DNA from: Bacillus subtilis subsp. subtilis str. 168
GTDB taxonomy: Bacteria; Bacillota; Bacilli; Bacillales; Bacillaceae
Direction: 5' to 3'
DNA length: 32,000 nt
Assembly (NCBI RefSeq): GCF_000009045.1
Contig: NC_000964.3
Coordinates: 2,310,001 to 2,342,000, forward strand
The notes beneath the pieces were generated by a model, which ran no database searches, was not told the origin of the DNA, and saw nothing but the letters and a program-made list of their open reading frames with translations. Below, piece by piece: positions 17,488-24,580 of the stretch. How positions within the stretch are numbered: position 1 is the first letter of the stretch; each line of letters starts with the position of its first letter. The position numbers and the translations under genes were made by a program.

Positions 17488-19413
17488 TTACATCATGTGC
17501 GGTTCAACAGGCAAGACCTTTTTGACCTCATCAATGATGCGTTCATTTTCTCCGCCAGCGTAAATGTGAATCGAGCCGCTGTCTTGATTCGAGCGAATCA
17601 GGCGCCCGATGCCCTGCCGTACACGTAACAACATATATGGCAGATCAACTTCTTCGAACGGATCTTTTTTCGCTCCGTTGCGCTTCGCTGTAAATACAGG
17701 ATCGTGTGGCGGGAACGGTAATGACCAAATGGTAACATTCTTCAATGCGTCACCGGGAATGTCGAGTCCTTCCCATAAGTGAACTGAACAAAGTACTGTT
17801 TCTTCTTCCTCTTGGAATTTCTCTACTAAGCTGCTGATTTCCTCATCACCTTCGAAGAAAATTGGATACGGCAGCTCCCATGCCGCCGACAGCTCTTTAA
17901 ACTCGTTTAATTCTTCAAAAGAAGGGAAAAGCACCAGCGTTCTTCCTTTGTATCGTTTGATTGTTTCAATCGTTTCAGCCGTTTTTTGTTCAGCGTCCAT
18001 ATCTGTTTTTGCGTATAGATTAATACTCATTTGCTCGTCATAATCATAAGGGGAATCAACAGTTAATGACAAATAATCATGAATCCCAAGACTGTCGGCA
18101 ATATAATCAAACGAACCGCCTTCTGACAGCGTAGCAGAAGAAAAGATATAAGGAATTTTCTTAGAAAACACTTTTTCGCCAAGTACTTCTGCTACCGTTC
18201 TCGGCATCACGACAAAGGTTGATTCTGCTTCCTTTTTCTCCAGCCAGCTGATCGCATCCTTTTGATATAGAGATAATGAATACGCCATTTGTTCAACATA
18301 TTCTTCCACTACTGACAGTTCGTATTGATCAATCGTATACATTTCAGACTCAAATACAAGTGCCTCACCGATTTTATCAAGTAAACGGCAAAGCTCGTCC
18401 GCCGCCTTTTTGACACGATGGTCATTTTTTATTTCTAAACGGTGTGAACCGGCTACTTCCTTTGATTCTTCAGAAAGAACATAGAAAAATTCGTCGTTTG
18501 CGAGAAGCGCATCTTCAATCAATTCTGCAAACTCTTCTCTGATGTCATTTTGCAGCAATCGTTCTAAAAACAATTCAAGAGTAGACTGCTTCACTCTATA
18601 GGTTAGCGCTTTTTGCGCAGCAAACTCTAACAAGTGCCCCTCATCAAATACAACTGCACTATGATCAGGCAAGAGCGGCAGCTGGCCCTCTCGTTTGCGT
18701 GATTCTTCCGTCCACACATGCTCCATATAAAAATCATGGGAACAAATGATTAAGTCCGTTGACTTGCGGTAGTAATCTCTGGAAAGTGTCAGACCGCATC
18801 TGTGTCTCATATCACAAGTCAGACAGTCCTGAAACGAGTCGTAGCTTACGTCAGACCACTCTTCATTCGATAGATTTGCGTACTGCTTACGGTCGCCATA
18901 CGGATAAAAGCGCTGCATCGCCTGGGACTCGTGGACAAATGACGGTAACGACTCATAAAGATCCAGCCATTTATCATCATCAGAACGCTGCATTGTTTTT
19001 TCAAGCTTCTTCAAGCATAAATATTGCTCATGTGATTTTGACAGCCTTGTATCAATTTTCAGATCAAGATGCTCAGCCAGCTTAGAAATATCGCCCTCTT
19101 TTTTCACCAGCTGTTCAATTAATGTTTCATCCGCACAAGCGATGATGGCAGGTTTGCCGACATACCTTGCATAGCTGATTGCAAAAAGAAGATATACCAG
19201 CGTTTTCCCCGTTCCCACTCCAGCTTCGGCGAACATGACTTTTTTCTCTTTAAACGCCCGCTCCAGCTGAAAAGCCATAAATACTTGCTCGTCCCGAAGA
19301 TCAAACCCTTTTTCGGGAAGGATATCGTAAAACACGTCACCAATCCAATTGTTCAATTCTTCATAAAAATTCTTTGTTTTCGTTAAAGAAAAAGGCAAAC
19401 GTGATGTTGTCAC
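17488..19413 (-). CDS. ypvA: DinG/XPD-family SF2 helicase with a 4-Cys Fe-S insertion, 641 aa
   Basis: Walker A AGVGTGKT, DEGH box (VFDEGHLL), Cys cluster YLC…DCLTCDMRHRCG, and a C-terminal motif VI-like RVRQGIGRLIR. GTG start at 19413. Confidence 0.85.
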   Translation of the reverse strand: MTTSRLPFSLTKTKNFYEELNNWIGDVFYDILPEKGFDLRDEQVFMAFQLERAFKEKKVMFAEAGVGTGKTLVYLLFAISYARYVGKPAIIACADETLIEQLVKKEGDISKLAEHLDLKIDTRLSKSHEQYLCLKKLEKTMQRSDDDKWLDLYESLPSFVHESQAMQRFYPYGDRKQYANLSNEEWSDVSYDSFQDCLTCDMRHRCGLTLSRDYYRKSTDLIICSHDFYMEHVWTEESRKREGQLPLLPDHSAVVFDEGHLLEFAAQKALTYRVKQSTLELFLERLLQNDIREEFAELIEDALLANDEFFYVLSEESKEVAGSHRLEIKNDHRVKKAADELCRLLDKIGEALVFESEMYTIDQYELSVVEEYVEQMAYSLSLYQKDAISWLEKKEAESTFVVMPRTVAEVLGEKVFSKKIPYIFSSATLSEGGSFDYIADSLGIHDYLSLTVDSPYDYDEQMSINLYAKTDMDAEQKTAETIETIKRYKGRTLVLFPSFEELNEFKELSAAWELPYPIFFEGDEEISSLVEKFQEEEETVLCSVHLWEGLDIPGDALKNVTIWSLPFPPHDPVFTAKRNGAKKDPFEEVDLPYMLLRVRQGIGRLIRSNQDSGSIHIYAGGENERIIDEVKKVLPVEPHMM

Positions 19414-19452
19414 CTAGTTCCAACCCCCAACTATTCGACATTCAGACCACCA

Positions 19453-19481
19453 ATAATATCATTTTCCGCTGATGAATACAA
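19453..19481 (-). promoter_or_regulatory. Candidate sigma-A promoter of ypvA
   Basis: Minus strand: TTGTAT (19476-19481), a 17-nt spacer, then TATTAT (19453-19458). Confidence 0.4.
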
Positions 19482-19482
19482 T

Positions 19483-19509
19483 AAAAAACTTGGCAATGCC
19501 AAGTTTTTT
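19483..19509. terminator. Terminator after yptA
   Basis: AAAAAA-CTTGGC-aat-GCCAAG-TTTTTT. Confidence 0.7.
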
Positions 19510-19514
19510 GCAGT

Positions 19515-19706
19515 TTACTTACGATTGATCACATGCGACGATAAAAAAGGATGGTCTGTTGAATAAATATGTTCTACCGCTTTTTCTAAATCAGTTTGCG
19601 CATGCGAAATCACAGACGGAGACGAATCAGTCCCGAGCTCCTTCAGCTCGTTTGCTGTTGCGTCAAGCGCCCTTTGAATAAGATTAAAATGTTCGCTGTT
19701 CAGCAT
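19515..19706 (-). CDS. yptA: Small protein of unknown function (63 aa)
   Basis: The start is re-called to ATG 19706 (MLNSEHFNLIQRALD…), which has the strong RBS AGAGGTGATCTC. The track ORF extends further upstream without an RBS. Confidence 0.7.
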   Translation of the reverse strand: MLNSEHFNLIQRALDATANELKELGTDSSPSVISHAQTDLEKAVEHIYSTDHPFLSSHVINRK

Positions 19707-19734
19707 GAGATCACCTCTGATGGAAATAATCATC

Positions 19735-19763
19735 ATTGTATGCGAACTTTTCATTTTATATAC
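19735..19763 (-). promoter_or_regulatory. Candidate mother-cell (sigma-E type) promoter of yptA
   Basis: Minus strand: GTATATA (19757-19763), a 14-nt spacer, then CATACAAT (19735-19742). The -10 matches the sigma-E consensus CATACAMT exactly. Confidence 0.4.
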
Positions 19764-19869
19764 ATGCTTTACCGCATGTTATCACCGAAACATGCACAAA
19801 CTACACTTGATATTCCGTCTCCGGATTATCCGTCTTATCAACAATATTCTATCAGGGAGTGATGTTGAC

Positions 19870-20022
19870 ATGAGTTATAGAAACCGATTAGATCAGCATT
19901 CTGAACTGTTTCATCACAATTGGACGCGGCCTAAACGTTCAAAGTCTCAAGTAAACGGTCACACTGAAATGTCCCAAACCAACATTATATTGAGAAGCAA
20001 CGCGAAAGCTCACCGTTGGTAA
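19870..20022 (+). CDS. Small basic hydrophilic protein (50 aa), function unknown
   Basis: An internal ATG at 19870 in the 105-aa track ORF is preceded by the AGGGAGTGA RBS. Translation: MSYRNRLDQHSELFHHNWTRPKRSKSQVNGHTEMSQTNIILRSNAKAHRW. A strong terminator lies 24 nt downstream. Confidence 0.5.
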   Translation: MSYRNRLDQHSELFHHNWTRPKRSKSQVNGHTEMSQTNIILRSNAKAHRW

Positions 20023-20045
20023 CGATAGAATAGGGCTGAAAGATG

Positions 20046-20076
20046 AAAGAAGACGCATGCAGAGCGTCTTCTTTTT
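20046..20076. terminator. Hairpin terminator shared by the 50-codon gene (+) and ypsC (-)
   Basis: AAAGAAGACGC-atgcaga-GCGTCTTCTTT followed by TT. It abuts the ypsC stop codon. Confidence 0.8.
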
Positions 20077-21232
20077 ATGCGTTTTCTGTTTTCTTGCGCT
20101 GCGGTCTTACTTTTGACCAGTATTGATAATAATCCGTTTTAATAAACCCGTTAAAGAGTTTTCGTTTCTTCGTTGCTTTTCTGCCATATGCTTCCTCAAA
20201 GTTTTCATTTGATGTCAGCATATACACAGACCAAGTATCAAGCGGCTCGAACGCCTGCCCCATTTCTTTGTACATCTGCTCAACGGCTTTTTTCTCGCCG
20301 AGACGCTCTCCATATGGCGGGTTGCCGACAATTACGCCAAATTCCAGATTTGTGGTAAAGTCTTTGACCTGCATCTGTTTGAACTGGATTAGATCTCCCA
20401 ATCCTGCTTCCTCTGCATTTTCTTTTGCGATTTGAACCATGCGGTGGTCTATGTCGCTAGCGAAAATTGTAAGCGGCTGATCATAATTTGCCTTTTCTTC
20501 GACTTCAAGCCGCGCTTTGTTCCACAGATCTTTACCGATCCATTCCCAATCCTCTGATACAAAATCGCGGTTGAATCCCGGGGCGATGTTTTGGCCGATT
20601 AGCGCCGCTTCTATCGCGATTGTTCCGGAGCCGCAGAAAGGATCAACAAACGGGCGGTCAGGCGTCCAATTGGTTAATTGCACCAAAGCGGCAGCAAGTG
20701 TTTCTTTAATCGGCGCACCGCCCTGATCGACACGGTATCCTCGTTTGTGAAGGCCCGTCCCTGATGAGTCCAGTGTAATCAAAGCCTGATCTTTCAATAA
20801 AGATATTTCCACTTTATACTCAGCACCTGTTTCTTCAATCCAATCATTGGCTTTGCCGGACTGCAGCTTGAGCTTTTCGACAATTGCTTTTTTGACGATC
20901 CGCTGACAGTCAGGAACGCTTGCAAGTGTTGATTTTACCGATTTTCCGATGACAGGGAATTTCCCGTTTTCAGGTATAAATGAGCGCCAGTTAATCGCTT
21001 TCGTTTTTTCAAACAGTTCATCAAATGTTTTCGCTTTAAAAGAAGCAACCTGAACCTTTATGCGGTCGGCTGTTCTAAGCCAAAGGTTCGCACGGCAGAT
21101 GGCAAGTGCATCACCTTCAAAAATAACTTTCCCGTTATCAACCTTGCATTCGTATCCTAAATCTCGTACTTCCTTTGCGACAACAGCTTCAATGCCCATC
21201 GGCGCCGTTGCAATTAGTGTATACTTCTTCAT
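20075..21232 (-). CDS. ypsC: THUMP-domain class I SAM-dependent RNA methyltransferase (RlmK/L-like)
   Basis: 385 aa with motif I DPFCGSGT and motif IV GNPPYGERLG. The N-terminal region is THUMP-like. Confidence 0.85.
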   Translation of the reverse strand: MKKYTLIATAPMGIEAVVAKEVRDLGYECKVDNGKVIFEGDALAICRANLWLRTADRIKVQVASFKAKTFDELFEKTKAINWRSFIPENGKFPVIGKSVKSTLASVPDCQRIVKKAIVEKLKLQSGKANDWIEETGAEYKVEISLLKDQALITLDSSGTGLHKRGYRVDQGGAPIKETLAAALVQLTNWTPDRPFVDPFCGSGTIAIEAALIGQNIAPGFNRDFVSEDWEWIGKDLWNKARLEVEEKANYDQPLTIFASDIDHRMVQIAKENAEEAGLGDLIQFKQMQVKDFTTNLEFGVIVGNPPYGERLGEKKAVEQMYKEMGQAFEPLDTWSVYMLTSNENFEEAYGRKATKKRKLFNGFIKTDYYQYWSKVRPQRKKTENA

Positions 21233-21271
21233 CGTATCACCCTGTCTTTTAAAACTTTTCTCTTTTCAAGA

Positions 21272-21299
21272 TAAAAGCTCTCCTTATACGGGAGAGCTT
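21272..21299 (-). terminator. Terminator after rnpB
   Basis: Minus strand: AAGCTCTCC-cgtataa-GGAGAGCTT followed by TTATCTT. Confidence 0.7.
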
Positions 21300-21319
21300 G
21301 TTTTCATCATTTTAAATGT

Positions 21320-21720
21320 AAGTGGTCTAACGTTCTGTAAGCCATGTTTTGTTCCATCGTACTGCAAACGGCTCATCACCTCGTACTCAGGCGGCAATCA
21401 TCTATCTACAGAAAGCATTCTGTCCTTCTCTCCGTTGAATTCCGTTAAGAAGGTTCCCCTACCAAAATTTGGGTTTCTCGCTCGAGGGGTTTACCGCGTT
21501 CCACTCTCACCATTTCTAGTGAGACTTCGTCACTGTGGCACTTTCAAGGATACTCAGCCATATCCGAAGACGTAGGCTTTTTTCCTGCCGTCAGCCTCTA
21601 AAGACTGCCCTAGCTTATGACTTCGCTAGGCACGAACACTACGGGCATCTCAGCACCGTGCGAGCATGGACTTTCCTCTACAGATTCAAGATCTGCAGCG
21701 ATTACCCGAACGTTAAGAAC
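21320..21720 (-). ncRNA. rnpB: RNase P RNA (type B), 401 nt
   Basis: The minus strand begins GTTCTTAACGTTCGGGTAATCGCTGCAGATCTTGAATCTGTAGAGGAAAGTCCATGCTCGCACGGTGCTGAGATGCCCGTAGTG… and ends …ACAGAACGTTAGACCACTT. It contains the universally conserved GAGGAAAGTCC element, and I recognise it as B. subtilis RNase P RNA. Confidence 0.95.
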
Positions 21721-21727
21721 ATGAATT

Positions 21728-21756
21728 ATTATATAACAACTGATTACAATTTACAA
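21728..21756 (-). promoter_or_regulatory. Sigma-A promoter of rnpB
   Basis: Minus strand: TTGTAA (21751-21756), a 17-nt spacer, then TATAAT (21728-21733), with 7 nt to the mature 5' G at 21720. Confidence 0.75.
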
Positions 21757-21778
21757 GCGCCATTTTTTTCAAGCGTGA

Positions 21779-22075
21779 TCAATCATAAAGCTTGCTGCCA
21801 AAAACGTGTTTTTCTAAGTTAGACAGCCGTTTTAAAATATCAAAGTTTGTTGTGTTAGATTGCACAGGCTGTTTTTTGCTGGCTTCTTCAAGCTGTTTTT
21901 TCAGCTGCAGATTTTCCTGCTGCAGTTCTTCAATTTCTTGATGGAAGGTTTCATAATCCTTAATAATCATATCTAAAAATTTGTCAACGTCTTCTTGCTT
22001 GTAGCCTCTAACGCCTGTTTTAAATTCTTTTTCCAAAATTTCTTTCGCAGAAAGCTTTACTTTATCAGCAAGCAT
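21779..22075 (-). CDS. gpsB: Cell-cycle/divisome adaptor GpsB (DivIVA-like N-terminal domain), 98 aa
   Basis: The start is re-called to ATG 22075 ([35 protein letters not shown]…), with RBS GAGGTG 7 nt upstream. The track ORF begins at an upstream GTG that lies inside the RBS. Confidence 0.9.
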   Translation of the reverse strand: MLADKVKLSAKEILEKEFKTGVRGYKQEDVDKFLDMIIKDYETFHQEIEELQQENLQLKKQLEEASKKQPVQSNTTNFDILKRLSNLEKHVFGSKLYD

Positions 22076-22152
22076 CTTTTTCACCTCGTATCGTGAATCA
22101 TCACATATATTTTTTCAGAAATCTGTACGGTTGTCAAATTTCTCTCTCATTG

Positions 22153-22695
22153 TTAGTAGCTGTCTTCCTCCACTGTCACTCTCAAGTCATCCATTGTAAT
22201 AAAGTAGATGGGATAGCCATCCTGTTCGCGCCTTTTTTCCGCTGTCCCAAGCATATACTTAGGGGAGCCTTCCTTTTCCGGGTCATATAAAAGCAGAAGC
22301 CCGTCGGACTTATCAATGAAGAACTGATTTTTTTGTTTGAATTGAAGCGGGCTTTCATAAGGACGGTGAGTCAGGCTTGCTTCATAGTCTGCCTGAGCCA
22401 GAACTGCTTCATACTGTTCTTTATTCGGTTCTTTCCAGTTCTTTTCCTGCTCGTAAAATGGTGTGATGACAGCTACCTTTAAGTCAGGGTATTCCTCCTG
22501 CAAATCATATGCAGCTTCTGCCGCCCACAGCTCAACTCCAAGCTGGCCCGAAATTAAAATCCATTCTAATCCTTCATCCAAAAAAGCAATCAGCCGGTTT
22601 TTAATGGCTTTTTTTATGTAATACAGCGCCTTGTCATCCTGCTTAAATATCCCCAGTTCAAACGGTTTATAGCCCGTTATTGCCAATACTTTCAT
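22153..22695 (-). CDS. ypsA: SLOG-superfamily (YpsA clade) protein, 180 aa
   Basis: The start is re-called to ATG 22695 ([17 protein letters not shown]…) behind AGGTGA. The 229-aa track ORF would run through the cotD terminator into cotD. Confidence 0.85.
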   Translation of the reverse strand: MKVLAITGYKPFELGIFKQDDKALYYIKKAIKNRLIAFLDEGLEWILISGQLGVELWAAEAAYDLQEEYPDLKVAVITPFYEQEKNWKEPNKEQYEAVLAQADYEASLTHRPYESPLQFKQKNQFFIDKSDGLLLLYDPEKEGSPKYMLGTAEKRREQDGYPIYFITMDDLRVTVEEDSY

Positions 22696-22710
22696 CATTT
22701 CACCTGCTTT

Positions 22711-22739
22711 AAAAAATGGGGCTCCCGTGGGCCCCATTT
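22711..22739 (-). terminator. cotD terminator, directly abutting the ypsA RBS
   Basis: Minus strand: AAATGGGGC-ccacggga-GCCCCATTT followed by TTT (TTTTTT in total). The ypsA ATG is 15 nt beyond the T-run. Confidence 0.75.
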
Positions 22740-22783
22740 GTTGTGCTGCATTGTTTACACCATCAAGCTGCACGTTTTCCATA

Positions 22784-23011
22784 CTAGTAGTCGCAGCAAG
22801 GTTTTCCTGCTTGAAAATGCTGATGCGTAGCCGGGTCAACATTTGAGAAAGTGTGTGGAAAGTAGTGAACGTGCTGAAAATGCTGGTGGTTTACGTTTGT
22901 TGTATGCTGTGGGTGAATGTGCGGCACGATAGTCTTCGAAAACGTATGGTGTTCACAGCAATGAGTAGGATGGACAATTGGCGCCATCATATGCGGTCTG
23001 CAGTGATGCAT
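22784..23011 (-). CDS. cotD: Spore coat protein D (His-rich, 75 aa)
   Basis: [22 protein letters not shown]…[12 protein letters not shown]…KPCCDY, recognised as CotD. RBS GGAAAGGGGA. Confidence 0.9.
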   Translation of the reverse strand: MHHCRPHMMAPIVHPTHCCEHHTFSKTIVPHIHPQHTTNVNHQHFQHVHYFPHTFSNVDPATHQHFQAGKPCCDY

Positions 23012-23047
23012 GATAAAATCCCCTTTCCATAAACTTTATTACAATAC

Positions 23048-23075
23048 TAAGTTATGAAAAATAAGGGGTACATGT
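23048..23075 (-). promoter_or_regulatory. Candidate sigma-K promoter of cotD
   Basis: Minus strand: AC, a 17-nt spacer, then CATAACTTA. This fits AC-N16/17-CATAnnnTA and lies about 35 nt upstream of the ATG. Confidence 0.4.
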
Positions 23076-23094
23076 TCTGATGCAAAGACCTATT

Positions 23095-23190
23095 TTAAAA
23101 GTGTGCAATTAAGCTGTCTTTAAAGTTTGAAAACACAAAAGCAATCAAAAATACCACAACAAAGAACAAGTAAAAAACACCCTTATACAT
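23095..23190 (-). CDS. 31-codon strongly hydrophobic micro-ORF, not in the ORF track
   Basis: ATG 23190 is preceded by the strong RBS AAAGGGAGAGTTGGT. Translation: MYKGVFYLFFVVVFLIAFVFSNFKDSLIAHF, with stop TAA at 23095-23097. Confidence 0.45.
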   Translation of the reverse strand: MYKGVFYLFFVVVFLIAFVFSNFKDSLIAHF

Positions 23191-23323
23191 ACCAACTCTC
23201 CCTTTAAAAATAACTAACGTCATTTTACAGGATTCGCCGCTATTCTACAACAAAATCAATGTGAATTCAGCAAAAAAAATTCATGGCGAAACAAGTCGTC
23301 TTTTGCGCTTTCCCGGGGAATAT

Positions 23324-24565
23324 TTAAGAGGAATATTTCCTCTTTAGCCGGGCAATTCTCACATGCAGTTTTTCAGTTTCTTTCTCTGATAAGCATGCCG
23401 CATCGCTAAGCGATTGCTCTGCTACTTGCAATGCTTTTCCGAATTCTTTTTTCTTATGCTCAAAATATTTCGCGAGCTCTATTACAGCAGCGTATCTGCA
23501 CTTCTGGTTTTGCGAGCGGGACAGCTTTTCCCAAAGCGGCACTGCTTCTTCCAAGCGGTTTTGTTTTTTGTACAGGAGCGATAAATCCAGCCGTGCACTG
23601 TCCTGGTCCTCAAACGATTTTTCTATAAGCCTTTCCAACTGCTTGATCGCTTGGTCCGTTTCTTTATGAGCCATAAACCATTTCGCCATAGCATAGGCTT
23701 CACTGTGTTCTTTTGGCGCATGTGATTCTGAAAGGATTTTTTTAGACATATGGATGTACAATGAAATGAGTGATAACACATCCATTTCATTATGATGCAG
23801 GACACCTTTTAAAAGATCCGGCTCTTGCGCCTTGATAAAATGAAAGTAAAGCATTGGCGCCAAGTAGCCCGGTGTGTCTTCTAGCCTGCGGATGCCGAGC
23901 TCCTCTTTTTCAACCGTGCCAAGAGATACACGGTCCATTTTGTGTTTCCACAGGCGTCTAGCTCCATGCAAAAGATCAAAGTGGCCAAACTCCGGAAGCT
24001 TCGGAAGTCTGTCACGGATCAAGGTGTGCCTTGTTTTCACCTGCGGCCAATCAAAGGCTTTGCCGTTGTAGGTCACAAGTGATGTAATGTCAACCTCGCT
24101 TAAAAAGCTTTGGTACAAGGCGACTTCGTTCCCCGGTTTGGGCAAAAGATGCTGTTTGACTGTCACTCGGTCTTCATATACTCTCGCATGCCCAAGCAAA
24201 AAAATGGTATTCCCAGCTCCACCCCCAAGACCGGTTGTTTCTGTATCAAAGAAAAAGAGGTTGTTTTTGTTATACCCTTTTGCTGACAATGTATGCGACA
24301 GGCCGCTTTGATTCCACAGTGTGATCACTTCCTCAAGCTCAGAAAAGCTGTATAACCCATGGCGGTGAGAAAGCGGATATTCTACTTCTCTGATGAGGCA
24401 ATATTCATCTTCGAAGATGAAAGGCTTCATGCCAAAAGCCTCCCACTCTTCTAAAAACGGGATGTCATCAAAGTGGTTTTCTTGTTTGCCTGCTTCTATT
24501 TTTTGTTCTCCTTCGTCGAGCGCCATGTGCTTTTTCATCCGTTGGAGTTTCCCTTTTAATGACAT
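23324..24565 (-). CDS. yprB: DEDDh (RNase T/DnaQ-like, YprB-type RNase H fold) 3'-5' exonuclease fused to C-terminal TPR repeats
   Basis: Exo motifs FFFDTETTGL, YNGKAFDWP and HHNEMDVLS, with a TPR-like helical C-terminal half. RBS TAAGGAGGGAGG overlaps the yprA stop codon. Also named mrfB. Confidence 0.9.
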   Translation of the reverse strand: MSLKGKLQRMKKHMALDEGEQKIEAGKQENHFDDIPFLEEWEAFGMKPFIFEDEYCLIREVEYPLSHRHGLYSFSELEEVITLWNQSGLSHTLSAKGYNKNNLFFFDTETTGLGGGAGNTIFLLGHARVYEDRVTVKQHLLPKPGNEVALYQSFLSEVDITSLVTYNGKAFDWPQVKTRHTLIRDRLPKLPEFGHFDLLHGARRLWKHKMDRVSLGTVEKEELGIRRLEDTPGYLAPMLYFHFIKAQEPDLLKGVLHHNEMDVLSLISLYIHMSKKILSESHAPKEHSEAYAMAKWFMAHKETDQAIKQLERLIEKSFEDQDSARLDLSLLYKKQNRLEEAVPLWEKLSRSQNQKCRYAAVIELAKYFEHKKKEFGKALQVAEQSLSDAACLSEKETEKLHVRIARLKRKYSS

Positions 24566-24580
24566 ATCCGGCCTCCCTCC

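Noticed and set aside
19434-19440. Exact Spo0A box (TGTCGAA on the minus strand) just downstream of the candidate ypvA -10
   Set aside because: A single 7-mer is expected several times by chance in 32 kb, and there is no second box nearby.
21757-21778. Possible terminator after gpsB
   Set aside because: The repeated CAAGCG elements are direct repeats, not inverted ones, so no stem can form.
21060-21822. Plus-strand ORFs of 171 aa and 95 aa
   Set aside because: They overlap ypsC antisense and run across the RNase P RNA gene. The region is fully explained by rnpB, its promoter and its terminator.
22696-22842. N-terminal 49-codon extension of ypsA that would overlap cotD
   Set aside because: The extension runs through the cotD terminator hairpin and into cotD. 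A proper RBS and ATG sit at 22695. Similar over-extensions were trimmed for bpsA (8104 to 8053), yppD (29582 to 29471), yptA (19754 to 19706), gpsB (22084 to 22075), ypqA (27439 to 27577), ypqE (27490 to 27439) and ypwA (11866 to 11860).
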